Below, piece after piece: positions 20,332 to 29,071 of a DNA stretch of 64,000 bases; the stretch's first letter is position 1, and the number at the start of each line of letters is the position of its first letter. Under the pieces are notes generated by a model, which was not told the DNA's origin, ran no database searches, and saw nothing but the letters and a program-made list of their open reading frames with translations. The position numbers and the translations under genes were made by a program. Origin of the DNA: an uncultured bacterium (GTDB lineage Bacteria; Actinomycetota; Acidimicrobiia; Acidimicrobiales; VFJN01); assembly GCA_963717085.1 (NCBI GenBank), contig CAVQVM010000021.1:116560-180559 (forward strand). The letters run 5' to 3'.

Positions 20332-21403
20332 GGTTTGCTGCCGCCCGCCCCGAGGTGACGACCTCGTCCGCGGGCTGACTGACCTCGAGCTCGTCGAGCT
20401 GGCCCGCGACGCCCGAGACCCCGGGCCGGCGGCCGGGCAGGTAGTGCGACGGCGGCACCCCGAGCTCGAGCTCGATGCGTCGAACCCGCTCGAGCGTGCG
20501 CTGGGTCACGATCCGATGCGAGGCGATCAGGTCGGCCAGCACACCCAGGGCGAACGTCTGGAGGGCGGCCATCGTGAGAACGCCGCCGAGGATGACCGAT
20601 TGCAGGTGCCCATCGCGGCGACCGTTCATCAGCCAGTCCCAGAGGAATGGGCCCCAGGCTGCGAATGCGCCTGCGAGCAGCAACAAGGCCAAGGTCGTGA
20701 ACACGCGGAGAGGCTCGTAGCCCGTGTAGATGCGGAAGATCGCGGAGACGTTGCGGCGTATGTAGGACGACATGGAGGCGAACAGTCGCGATTCCCGGGT
20801 CTTCGCGTTGGTGCTCACCGTGACGTGGTCGACGGCCACGAGGCTCTTGCCCGCCTGGATCAACGACTCGAGCGTGTAGGTGAACTTCGACACGACAGTG
20901 AGCCCGAGGGCAGCCTCGCGGTTGTAGGCCCGGAACCCTGAGGTGGCGTCGAGGATTTCGGTGTCCGACGCCTGGCGCACCACCCAGCTGCCGATCCGTT
21001 GCAGCCGTTTCTTGGTGGTCGAGAAGTGCTCGACCGCCATCACGTTCCGGTCGCCCACGACCATGTCCGCCCGACCGGCCAGGATCGGTTGGACCAGGGT
21101 GGGGATGTCTGCGGCCGAATACTGATTGTCGGCGTCGGTGTTGACGATCACGTCGGCGCCCAGCTTCAGGGCGGCGTCGAGGCCAGCCTGGAAGGACGAC
21201 GCCAAGCCCTTGTTGTTGGTCAGCTTGACGATGTGGTCGACGCCGTGGTGCCGGGCGACCTCGACGGTCCGGTCGCTCGAGCCGTCGTCGATGATGAGCC
21301 ACTCGACCTCATCGAAGCCCGGCACGTGACGGGGCAGGTCAGCGAGGGTCGCGGGCAGCTGGGCCTCCTCGTTGAGGCACGGGATCTGGATGATGAGTTT
21401 CAT
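20321..21403 (-). CDS. Membrane-anchored GT2, polyprenyl-phosphate glycosyltransferase type (GtrB/CsbB/ArnC-like)
   Basis: IQIPCLNEE, IIDDGSSD, NTDADNQY, followed by two C-terminal TM helices (LRVFTTLALLLLAGAFAAWGPFLW; VILGGVLTMAALQTFALGVLADLI). The start is the ATG at 21401-21403 (MKLIIQ). Confidence 0.8.
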   Translation of the reverse strand: MKLIIQIPCLNEEAQLPATLADLPRHVPGFDEVEWLIIDDGSSDRTVEVARHHGVDHIVKLTNNKGLASSFQAGLDAALKLGADVIVNTDADNQYSAADIPTLVQPILAGRADMVVGDRNVMAVEHFSTTKKRLQRIGSWVVRQASDTEILDATSGFRAYNREAALGLTVVSKFTYTLESLIQAGKSLVAVDHVTVSTNAKTRESRLFASMSSYIRRNVSAIFRIYTGYEPLRVFTTLALLLLAGAFAAWGPFLWDWLMNGRRDGHLQSVILGGVLTMAALQTFALGVLADLIASHRIVTQRTLERVRRIELELGVPPSHYLPGRRPGVSGVAGQLDELEVSQPADEVVTSGRAAANRGS

Positions 21404-21512
21404 GGGCTCGTGTCGTCGGGCGCGGCGCCAGCCAGAATCCTGCCACCCCAGCAGGTCGTCAAGGCCGACGCGACACCGGCCGGGCCGCGAGCTGACGTTA
21501 GACTTACCGCCC

Positions 21513-22490
21513 GTGTCTGATCCAGATGACGGGGTCACCGACCCGCCGGCGCCCGCCGACGAGTCTCCGTCATCCTGCGATGCCGGGCGGCTGTACGGCC
21601 GGTGGTACTACGACTCGTACACGGTGCCGTACGTCGAGAACGACCATTGGCAGAGGTTCTTCGGGCAGGTCGCTGACGCGATCGTCGGGCAGCTCGCACC
21701 GCAGACGGTGCTCGACGCGGGGTGTGCCAAGGGCTTCCTGGTCGCGGCCTTGCGGGAACGCGGGGTCGACGCCCACGGCTTTGACCTTTCCGAGGTGGCC
21801 ATCGCCGACGCACGAGACGCGGCGAGGCCGTACGTGAGGGTCGGTTCGCTCACCGAACCCATCGACGGGCACTATGACCTCGTCACCTGCATCGAGGTCA
21901 TCGAGCACCTCGACCCGACCGATGCTCCCGGCGCGGTCGCCAACCTCTGTGGGGCGAGCGATCGTGTGCTGCTGTCGTCGACCCCCGGCGATCTTCACGA
22001 GCCCACCCACGTCAACATCCAGCCACCCGAGCGATGGTCCCAGCTCTTCGCTAGCAACGGGCTGTTCCGCGACTTCCGCCACGACGCGGGCTACCTGTCG
22101 CCTTGGGCGGTGCTCTACCGCCGGGAACCCGAGAGGTCGGTTCCCGACGTCGTGTTCGAATACGAGCGAGCGTGGTCGCGGCTCCGAGCAGAGACCATTG
22201 AGCAGCGCAAGGGTCTGCTCGACCTCCAGGGCCGTCTGGAGGGCTCGGTCGACCAACGCCAGCTCGACGAGGTGGAGGAGCTGCGCAAGGAGATCCTGCG
22301 CCTGCGCGACCTCGTCGCCGGCAACGAGGGCCAGCTCGGCGCGGCCAAGGCGCGCGTAGCCGAGCTCACCACGATGGTCGAGCGCTACATCAATCTCGAA
22401 CAACGGCTCAACGACGTGTTGCAGTCTCGTTCGTGGCGCATCATGTGGGTGGCTGGGAAGCCCCTGCGCAAGCTCCGATCGCGCGGGTAG
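21513..22490 (+). CDS. Class I SAM methyltransferase with a C-terminal coiled-coil and an SWR...PLR tail
   Basis: VLDAGCAKGF motif I, DLVTCIEVIEHLDP. The last ~100 aa are heptad-rich (LRAETIEQRKGLLDLQGRLEG...ELRKEILRLRDLVAG...RVAELTTMVERYINLEQRLNDV) and end in SRSWRIMWVAGKPLRKL. The start is uncertain (GTG at 21513 chosen). Confidence 0.7.
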   Translation: MSDPDDGVTDPPAPADESPSSCDAGRLYGRWYYDSYTVPYVENDHWQRFFGQVADAIVGQLAPQTVLDAGCAKGFLVAALRERGVDAHGFDLSEVAIADARDAARPYVRVGSLTEPIDGHYDLVTCIEVIEHLDPTDAPGAVANLCGASDRVLLSSTPGDLHEPTHVNIQPPERWSQLFASNGLFRDFRHDAGYLSPWAVLYRREPERSVPDVVFEYERAWSRLRAETIEQRKGLLDLQGRLEGSVDQRQLDEVEELRKEILRLRDLVAGNEGQLGAAKARVAELTTMVERYINLEQRLNDVLQSRSWRIMWVAGKPLRKLRSRG

Positions 22491-22496
22491 GTCCGC

Positions 22497-24116
22497 ATGC
22501 CCCGGTTCTCGATCGTCACGCCCGTCTACGACCCCCCGGCCGACGTGCTCCGGGCGATGTTGCGCTCGGTCGCCAACCAGTCCTTCGACGATTGGGAGCT
22601 CTGCCTGGTCGACGACTGCTCGACCCAGCCCCACGTGCGCCGGATCCTCGAGAAGGCCGCCGCCGGCGACAGCCGGGTCCAGGTCACCTATCGAGCCAAG
22701 AATGGTGGCATCGTGGCCGCGTCGAGCGACGCTCTCACCATGGCCTCGGGCGAGTTCGTGGCGCTCCTCGACCACGACGACGAGCTGCACACCGACGCAT
22801 TGCGGTTGGTCGACGAGGCGATCACCGGAGAGCCGGAGGCCGATTACGTCTACACCGACGAAGACAAGATCGACGAGGCAGGGCGGAGGGCGTACGCCTT
22901 CCTGAAGCCGGACTGGTCACCCGAGCGATTGCGAACGCAGATGTACACCTGTCATCTCAGCGTGCTGCGCCGTTCGCTGGTCGATGACGTCGGTGGCTTC
23001 CGCGCCGAGTTCAACGGTTCACAGGATTGGGACCTCGTGCTGCGAGTCACCGAACGTGCCCGCCGCGTCGTCCACGTCCCCACGGTGCTTTATCACTGGC
23101 GGATGCTCTCCACGTCGGCCGCCGGGTCCGGCCTGGAGGCCAAGCCGTGGGCCTACGACGCTGGTGCGCGGGCGATCCAGGCGCATTGCGACCGCACGGG
23201 CGTCGAAGCGGTGGTCGAGCACGACATCGAGTTCTCCGGGATCTACCACCTGCTCCCCCGGCTGCGGCACCAGCCTCCGGTGAGCATCGTCATCCCCACC
23301 GGAGGCCAGGTCCGAGACGTGCACGGCGAGCTGGTGGTGCTCGTCACCAGATGCGTGGAGAGCATCGTCAAGACATCGACGTACGACAACTTCGAGATCG
23401 TCTGTGTCGTCGACGAGCGCACCGACACCGGGGTGCTCCGGGGCGTACGGGACATTGCGAACGGCCGCCTGCAGGTGGTCGCGTGCCCCGGTCCCTTCAA
23501 CTTCTCGGAGCGCATCAACACCGGTGTCCTCGCCAGTGGGGGCGAGCACGTGCTGCTCCTCAACGACGACATCGAGGTGGTCACGCCTGATTGGCTCGAG
23601 CGGATGGTCATGTACTCGCAGCTACCCGAGGTCGGTGCCGTGGGAGCCAAGCTGCTGTTCGGTGACGATTGCCTACAGCACGCCGGCGTGATCCTCAACG
23701 AGGTCGGCCCCGGCCACATATACCGCAAGTTCCACGGCGACCACGGCGGCTACTTCAACATGCTCAAGGTCGCCAACAACTTTCAGGCAGTCACGGGAGC
23801 ATGCCTCATGTCGCGGCGCGCCGTTTTCGACGGGGTCGGCGGCCTGTCCATGCTGTTCCCCCTCAACTTCAACGACATCGACTACTGCCTCAAGCTGCGA
23901 GAGCAGCACCTACGTGCCGTCGTCGACCCAGACACGATCCTCTACCACTACGAGTCGTCGAGCCGGCCGGCCGACGTGTCGGAATGGGAGATCCGGCTGC
24001 TGCAGGAGCGCCACAGCAGCGCCGTGCCCGACCCCTACTACAACCCGGGGTTCCTCGAGACGTCGCTCAACTACGTGGCGCCGGTCACCCTGGCCGACGG
24101 CAGCGTCCTCCGCTGA
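22497..24116 (+). CDS. Dual-domain glycosyltransferase (two tandem GT2/GT-A modules), candidate polymerising enzyme
   Basis: Module 1: SIVTPVYDPP, LVDDCST, LDHDDEL. Module 2: VSIVIPTGG, VVDERTD, LLNDDIEV. Confidence 0.8.
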   Translation: MPRFSIVTPVYDPPADVLRAMLRSVANQSFDDWELCLVDDCSTQPHVRRILEKAAAGDSRVQVTYRAKNGGIVAASSDALTMASGEFVALLDHDDELHTDALRLVDEAITGEPEADYVYTDEDKIDEAGRRAYAFLKPDWSPERLRTQMYTCHLSVLRRSLVDDVGGFRAEFNGSQDWDLVLRVTERARRVVHVPTVLYHWRMLSTSAAGSGLEAKPWAYDAGARAIQAHCDRTGVEAVVEHDIEFSGIYHLLPRLRHQPPVSIVIPTGGQVRDVHGELVVLVTRCVESIVKTSTYDNFEIVCVVDERTDTGVLRGVRDIANGRLQVVACPGPFNFSERINTGVLASGGEHVLLLNDDIEVVTPDWLERMVMYSQLPEVGAVGAKLLFGDDCLQHAGVILNEVGPGHIYRKFHGDHGGYFNMLKVANNFQAVTGACLMSRRAVFDGVGGLSMLFPLNFNDIDYCLKLREQHLRAVVDPDTILYHYESSSRPADVSEWEIRLLQERHSSAVPDPYYNPGFLETSLNYVAPVTLADGSVLR

Positions 24117-24118
24117 CA

Positions 24119-26944
24119 GTGGTCGACCTCGTTGACCACGCAGGGCCTGACGTGCGCGTGGCTGCGTCGCCCAGCGGCGTGCGCCGCCGCCTTCCGCTGT
24201 TGGTCGCCGTGGTCGCCGGAGTCGCGTTCGTCGTCGGCACCATCGGGCCGCCGTTGTTCGGTCGGGGCGTCTTCCTGGCCACCGATGTGTTGACGAGCGC
24301 CTACCCCTGGCGCGCGGTCTCGGACCCCGCGGGCGAGAACATCGCCGATCACGGCCCGGTCGGCGACACGATCGATGCCGGCTACCCCTTCCGGTCGACA
24401 TTCGCCGAGGCGTTGCGGGACGGCGACTACCTCGGGTGGAACCCCTTCCCGGTCGGGGGCACGGTCCTCGGTGCCGACGGGTCGGCGGGCACCACGAGCC
24501 CGTTCGAGCTCCTGTACGTCGTGTTCCCGACCTGGTTCGCCCCGGCGGCCATCAAGCTCGTCCAGCTGGCGGCCGCCATCGGCTTCACGTTCCTGTTCTG
24601 CCGGCGCCTGGGGGCGGGCCAGGTGGCGTCCGTCGTCGGTGGCCTGGCGTTCGCGGGCTCGGGGTTCATGGTCATGTGGACCAACTGGCCCCAACCCGAG
24701 GTCGCGGCGCTGATCCCAGCCGTGTTCTGGGCCACGGAGCGGTTCCTGGCCGCACCAACGGTGAGAGCGGCGTGCCCGATAGCGCTGGCGCTGGCGGCGA
24801 TGCTGGTCGGCAACTTCCCCGCGGTGGTCTTCCACACGCTCTACGTCCTCGTGCCCTACGTCATCGTCCGGGTCGCCCTGATGCACCGGCAGACGCTGCG
24901 ACGGGCGCTGGCACTGCTCGGCGGCGCGGGGGCCAGCGTCGTGACCGGCGGGCTGCTGGCAGCCGGGGTCCTGATCCCCTTCGCGCAGCGGTTGGACTTC
25001 CTCGGGACCGAGTCCCGGGCCCAGAACCCGCAGCTCAGGCTCGGGCTCGATACGTTGTTGACAACGGTCGCCCCGAAGGCGCTCGGCCTGTCGACCGAAG
25101 GCCTGAACGCCCAGTACTTCGGTGCCTACAACCAGGTCGAGACGATCTCCTTCGTCGGGGCGACGACGGCCCTCCTGGCGCTTGCCGGCGTCGCGCTCCC
25201 CCGCCTACGCGCCACCCCGCGAGGCGCCCGCGAGGTGCTGATCGTCGCCACGGTCGTGATCGGGTGGGCGGCGTACGTGGGCGGCGACCTGCTGGCCCAG
25301 CTACAGCGACTCCCCGGCTTCGAGGAGAGCTTCGTCGGGCGCACGCGCTCGATCCTCGGCTTCATGGTCGCCGTCCTCGCCGCGCTCGGGCTCCAGGCCC
25401 TCGTCGAGCGGCGGTGGCCGGCGGGCCGCCGTCAATGGGCCTGGGCGGGTGCTGTGCTCGGCGCCGCTGGTCTGACCGCCGCCTATGCCGGCAACCGGGC
25501 GCTTTGGCGCGCCCGGGGCGTGGAGCAGGTGGACGTGCTGCGCGAGGGCCTCGTGTTGCCCGCCCTCGTCGGTGCCGCAGCCCTGGTGGCACTGGCCATC
25601 GTTCGATGGGGCGGTCGCCGCGCGGCGATGGGGGCGCTGGCCGCGGTCCCCGTCCTGCTGGTGATCGAATCACTGGCGCTGTCGCTGCCCCTGCTACCCA
25701 ACGAAGACCGCAGCACCGTGTACCCGACGACTCCTGGCATCGACTTCCTGGCCGCTCGGGCGGCCGGCGAACGGATCGCCTTCCAGGACCTGACTCTCTA
25801 CGGCAGTGCCACGACGATCTACGGCTTGCGGTCGGTGACCGGTCACGCGTTCAACTCGCCCACCTGGAAGCAGGCGGTGGCGACGATCGATCCCGACGCG
25901 TTCAGCCGGTCGGGAACGTTCGCGTTCCTGTCGGGGACGAACGAGCAGGTGACGTCGCCATTGCTCGATCGACTCGGCGCGCGCTGGTTCGCCAGCACGC
26001 CGGAGACCGTGCCACCCGGCGACCGACGCACCACGGACGCGGCCGATACCTCGTGCGAGACGACGACCGAGTTGCGTGACGAGGTCTCGCTGTCGGTTCC
26101 CGCCGACGACGGCATCCGGGGTGTGATCCTGCGCGTGTGCGAGTCGGTGCAGCTACCGGCCGGCGCTGCCATCCAGGTCCAAGCCACGGGCGCGACCGTT
26201 CCGGCCCGGGTTCCCCTTAAGGAGGTGATCGATCCGGGCGAGCTGGTGATCACGGTGCCGTCGGAAGACCCGCCCCCCCGTGGCACGGTCGACGTCCGCC
26301 TGTCGTTGGCTCATGCGGACGGCCGAGGGCTACAGCTCGCCGCCCGGCCGGATGGGAGGATCGTCGCCGACGCGGTGCACGTGACCGACGACGGCTTGCG
26401 GCTGGCGTACGTCGATGACCTCGTCGTCCTCCATCGATCCCGGGGGTTCCCCCGCTTCCGTTGGGCGGGCCGCGCTACGACGGTGGCCAACGACGGCGCG
26501 CGCCTGAGCCGCCTCGCCACGGGCGGGGTCGCCGACGACACCGTAGTGTTGAGCGAAGCCGGACCGGCAGGCTCGGGCGAGCCCGGCGATGTGGCCGTGA
26601 CCCGTGACACCCCGGCGAGCCTGGCAGCCGTGGTCGATGCCCAGGGGGACGGGTACCTGGTCGTTGCCGAAGCGCTCCAGCAGGGCTGGGTTGCGGAGGT
26701 CGACGGGGAGCGGGCCGACCTCGTCGACGCCGACCACGCGGGCGTGGCCGTGTACGTCCCCGCCGGGCGGCACGAGGTGACGCTGCGCTACGCACCGTCC
26801 GGGCAGCGGGCGGGCGTCGCTGTGTCGGCGGTGGCGGCCGCTGGCCTCACAGCCGCCTGGATATCGGGGGATCGTCTTCGCTTGCGCTGGGGCCGCCGTC
26901 GACGCGCCCCGACCGGTCAATCCTCGGTGCCTATCGACCAGTGA
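24119..26944 (+). CDS. Large polytopic membrane protein, YfhO-like/GT-C-like, with a C-terminal extracytoplasmic domain
   Basis: More than 10 predicted TM helices after the GTG at 24119 (3 nt after the stop of the preceding GT). The N-terminal loop is DTIDAGYPFRSTFAEALRDGDYLGWNPFPVGG. The last ~330 aa are soluble. The family call is tentative. Confidence 0.5.
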   Translation: MVDLVDHAGPDVRVAASPSGVRRRLPLLVAVVAGVAFVVGTIGPPLFGRGVFLATDVLTSAYPWRAVSDPAGENIADHGPVGDTIDAGYPFRSTFAEALRDGDYLGWNPFPVGGTVLGADGSAGTTSPFELLYVVFPTWFAPAAIKLVQLAAAIGFTFLFCRRLGAGQVASVVGGLAFAGSGFMVMWTNWPQPEVAALIPAVFWATERFLAAPTVRAACPIALALAAMLVGNFPAVVFHTLYVLVPYVIVRVALMHRQTLRRALALLGGAGASVVTGGLLAAGVLIPFAQRLDFLGTESRAQNPQLRLGLDTLLTTVAPKALGLSTEGLNAQYFGAYNQVETISFVGATTALLALAGVALPRLRATPRGAREVLIVATVVIGWAAYVGGDLLAQLQRLPGFEESFVGRTRSILGFMVAVLAALGLQALVERRWPAGRRQWAWAGAVLGAAGLTAAYAGNRALWRARGVEQVDVLREGLVLPALVGAAALVALAIVRWGGRRAAMGALAAVPVLLVIESLALSLPLLPNEDRSTVYPTTPGIDFLAARAAGERIAFQDLTLYGSATTIYGLRSVTGHAFNSPTWKQAVATIDPDAFSRSGTFAFLSGTNEQVTSPLLDRLGARWFASTPETVPPGDRRTTDAADTSCETTTELRDEVSLSVPADDGIRGVILRVCESVQLPAGAAIQVQATGATVPARVPLKEVIDPGELVITVPSEDPPPRGTVDVRLSLAHADGRGLQLAARPDGRIVADAVHVTDDGLRLAYVDDLVVLHRSRGFPRFRWAGRATTVANDGARLSRLATGGVADDTVVLSEAGPAGSGEPGDVAVTRDTPASLAAVVDAQGDGYLVVAEALQQGWVAEVDGERADLVDADHAGVAVYVPAGRHEVTLRYAPSGQRAGVAVSAVAAAGLTAAWISGDRLRLRWGRRRRAPTGQSSVPIDQ

Positions 26945-28119
26945 CCGTCCAGCGAGGTGAACCCGCCATACGTCTCGTGGGGCGTTCCCGGTTTCACGTC
27001 GAATCGGAAGGCGCGCTGTAGACGGTCGTAACTGTGGGTGACGGTGTTGTCGGTGCACTCCGCAGACAGGTCGTAGTTGCCCAGCAACAGCAGGAGACGC
27101 GGCACCTCCAGGTCGACCACGCCACACCCGTCGACCTTGTCGATTGAGACCTCCGCCTCCTTGCTGTTCGGCCCGGTGACCAGCACGCCCTCGGGCGTGT
27201 GCACCGAGAAGCTGAAGACCGGGTCGTGCACGGGCTCCGCGGCCTCGTAGTGGGCTCGGAACGTCACCGCATCGCCGGTGCACACCTGGTCGACCGGTCG
27301 GCCGGACGCATCGAGCATCTCGAGAGCGACGATGCGCACCTTGCCTGTGCCTGGCCGCGGGTGATCCTGCTCCTGAGCTTGGAGCTCGACGTGGACCTGC
27401 CCGAGGTAGGCGTCCGCGACCTGGTCGGCCTTGCCCCACTCGCGCATCCTGCCGTGCTCCAGCCAGATGGCCTCGTCGCACAGGCTGCGCACCGTCATCA
27501 GCGAGTGGGTCACCACCACGATTGTCTTGGCCGCTGCCCGCAGCTCAGAAATGCGCTCGAGGCACTTACGCTGGAACTCCTCGTCGCCGACCGCGAGCAC
27601 CTCGTCGATGAGCAGCACGTCCGGGTCGACGTTGATGGCCACGGAGAACCCGAGCCGCACGTACATTCCCGACGAGTAGTTCTTGACCGGCATGTCGATG
27701 AAGCGGTTGAGGCCGGCGAACTCGACGATCTCGTCGAACCGTCGTTCGAGCTCGCGCTTCGACAAACCCAGGATCGAGCCGTTGAGGAACACGTTCTCTC
27801 GACCCGACAGCTCGGGATGGAACCCGGCGCCCAGCTCGAGAAGTGCGGACAGGTTGCCCTCCACCGAGATCGTGCCCTTGTCGGGCCTCAGGATTCTGGC
27901 GAGGCATTTGAGCATCGTGCTCTTGCCCGACCCGTTCTCGCCGACGAGCGCGAACGTGCTGCCTTCCTTGACGTCGAACGAGACGTCATCGAGGGCCAAG
28001 AACTCCTCGTACCGAGCCCGGCCCCCGCGCATGATGGCGGCCTTCACGCTCTGGTTGCGTTCGTGGTACAGGCGGAACCGTTTCGAAACCTCCCGCACTT
28101 CGATGGGGTGTCCGCTCAC
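26917..28119 (-). CDS. wzt: Polysaccharide ABC exporter ATP-binding protein Wzt/TagH type with a C-terminal beta-sandwich (Wzt_C-like) extension
   Basis: GENGSGKST, YSSGMYVRLGFS, LLIDEVLAVGD. There are about 150 additional C-terminal residues (VRIVALEMLDASGRPVDQVCTGDAVTFRAHYEA...LLLLGNYDLSAE). The GTG start overlaps the wzm stop (GTGA, 28116-28119). Confidence 0.85.
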   Translation of the reverse strand: MSGHPIEVREVSKRFRLYHERNQSVKAAIMRGGRARYEEFLALDDVSFDVKEGSTFALVGENGSGKSTMLKCLARILRPDKGTISVEGNLSALLELGAGFHPELSGRENVFLNGSILGLSKRELERRFDEIVEFAGLNRFIDMPVKNYSSGMYVRLGFSVAINVDPDVLLIDEVLAVGDEEFQRKCLERISELRAAAKTIVVVTHSLMTVRSLCDEAIWLEHGRMREWGKADQVADAYLGQVHVELQAQEQDHPRPGTGKVRIVALEMLDASGRPVDQVCTGDAVTFRAHYEAAEPVHDPVFSFSVHTPEGVLVTGPNSKEAEVSIDKVDGCGVVDLEVPRLLLLLGNYDLSAECTDNTVTHSYDRLQRAFRFDVKPGTPHETYGGFTSLDGHWSIGTED

Positions 28120-28931
28120 AGCTCCTCGGCCAGCCTTCCTTCCAGACGTCCGAAGATGGCGTACCCGATGACCAGCGCGGCGACGGACACTCCCACGAGA
28201 TAGGCGATCTCATCGACCGGTGGCCAGCGCAGGCTGTAGAGGAAGTCCCGGTAGGCCGCGACGAATCGGGTGAGGGGGTTCAGGTTGTAGATGGTGAGCA
28301 GGAGCGAACGCTCCGACAGCTGCTCGGTGACCAGCGTCATCGGGTAGACGATCGGCGCCGAGTAGAACCAGGCCTGCAGCACGAGCCCGAGCAGGTGCTC
28401 GAGGTCGCGGAAGTAGACCGCCGCCGCCGACAGCGCAAGCGCCAACCCCAGAACGAACATCGTTTGCAGCGCGATGAGCACGAGCACCGCCGGCAGCCAG
28501 ATCAGCACGCCGTTGCCCACGACGAGGAGAGCGACCACCAGCAGTCCCATCTCGATGAAGAAGGACACGAGCCAGGACGCGGTGTCGGCGCCCACCAGGA
28601 TCTCGCGGGGGAAGTACGTCTTCTTGATGAGGTTGCTGTTCCCGAGGAGCGAGCCCATGCCCCCGGTGAGCGACAGGGCGAGGAAGTTGAACGGGAGCAG
28701 GCCGCACATGAGGTAGAGCGGGAAGCTCTTGAGCCCGCTCGGATCACCGGTCTCGGGCTTGATCTCCAGGATGAACCCGAAGACGAACGAGTAGAGCAGC
28801 AGCGTCGTGAGCGGGTTCAGGAGGGACCACGCCCAGCCGAGGACGGATCGCTTGTACTTGCCTCGCAGCTCGCGCAGCGTCAGGTTAACGAACAGCTCGC
28901 GCCGCGAGGCGATCTCTTGCAGCTTGGTCAT
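28116..28931 (-). CDS. wzm: ABC-2 type polysaccharide exporter permease Wzm/TagG type
   Basis: The N-terminal RELFVNLTLRELRGKYKRSVLGWAWSLLNPL is the typical ABC-2 signature region. It has 6 TM helices and is translationally coupled to wzt. Confidence 0.85.
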   Translation of the reverse strand: MTKLQEIASRRELFVNLTLRELRGKYKRSVLGWAWSLLNPLTTLLLYSFVFGFILEIKPETGDPSGLKSFPLYLMCGLLPFNFLALSLTGGMGSLLGNSNLIKKTYFPREILVGADTASWLVSFFIEMGLLVVALLVVGNGVLIWLPAVLVLIALQTMFVLGLALALSAAAVYFRDLEHLLGLVLQAWFYSAPIVYPMTLVTEQLSERSLLLTIYNLNPLTRFVAAYRDFLYSLRWPPVDEIAYLVGVSVAALVIGYAIFGRLEGRLAEEL

Positions 28932-29071
28932 GGAGTCCTGTGGATCCTGAGGCCCCCGATGGGTAACTCCACGAGGCTAGCTGCACGGCTCACGCGGGCG
29001 GTGACCAGTGGTCCACTAGGGTTTGCTGCTTCTTCCCCACCGGTCGCGTTCGACGTCGACGAAGTCCCGGG

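Noticed and set aside
26273-26279. Homopolymer tracts (C7 at 26273-26279 in the YfhO-like gene, G7 at 6360-6366 in the GT-C gene) as possible phase-variation switches.
   Set aside because: Runs of 6-7 G or C are expected in ~70% GC coding DNA (Pro/Gly codons) and are short for slipped-strand switching. There is no evidence of frameshifted alleles in this window.
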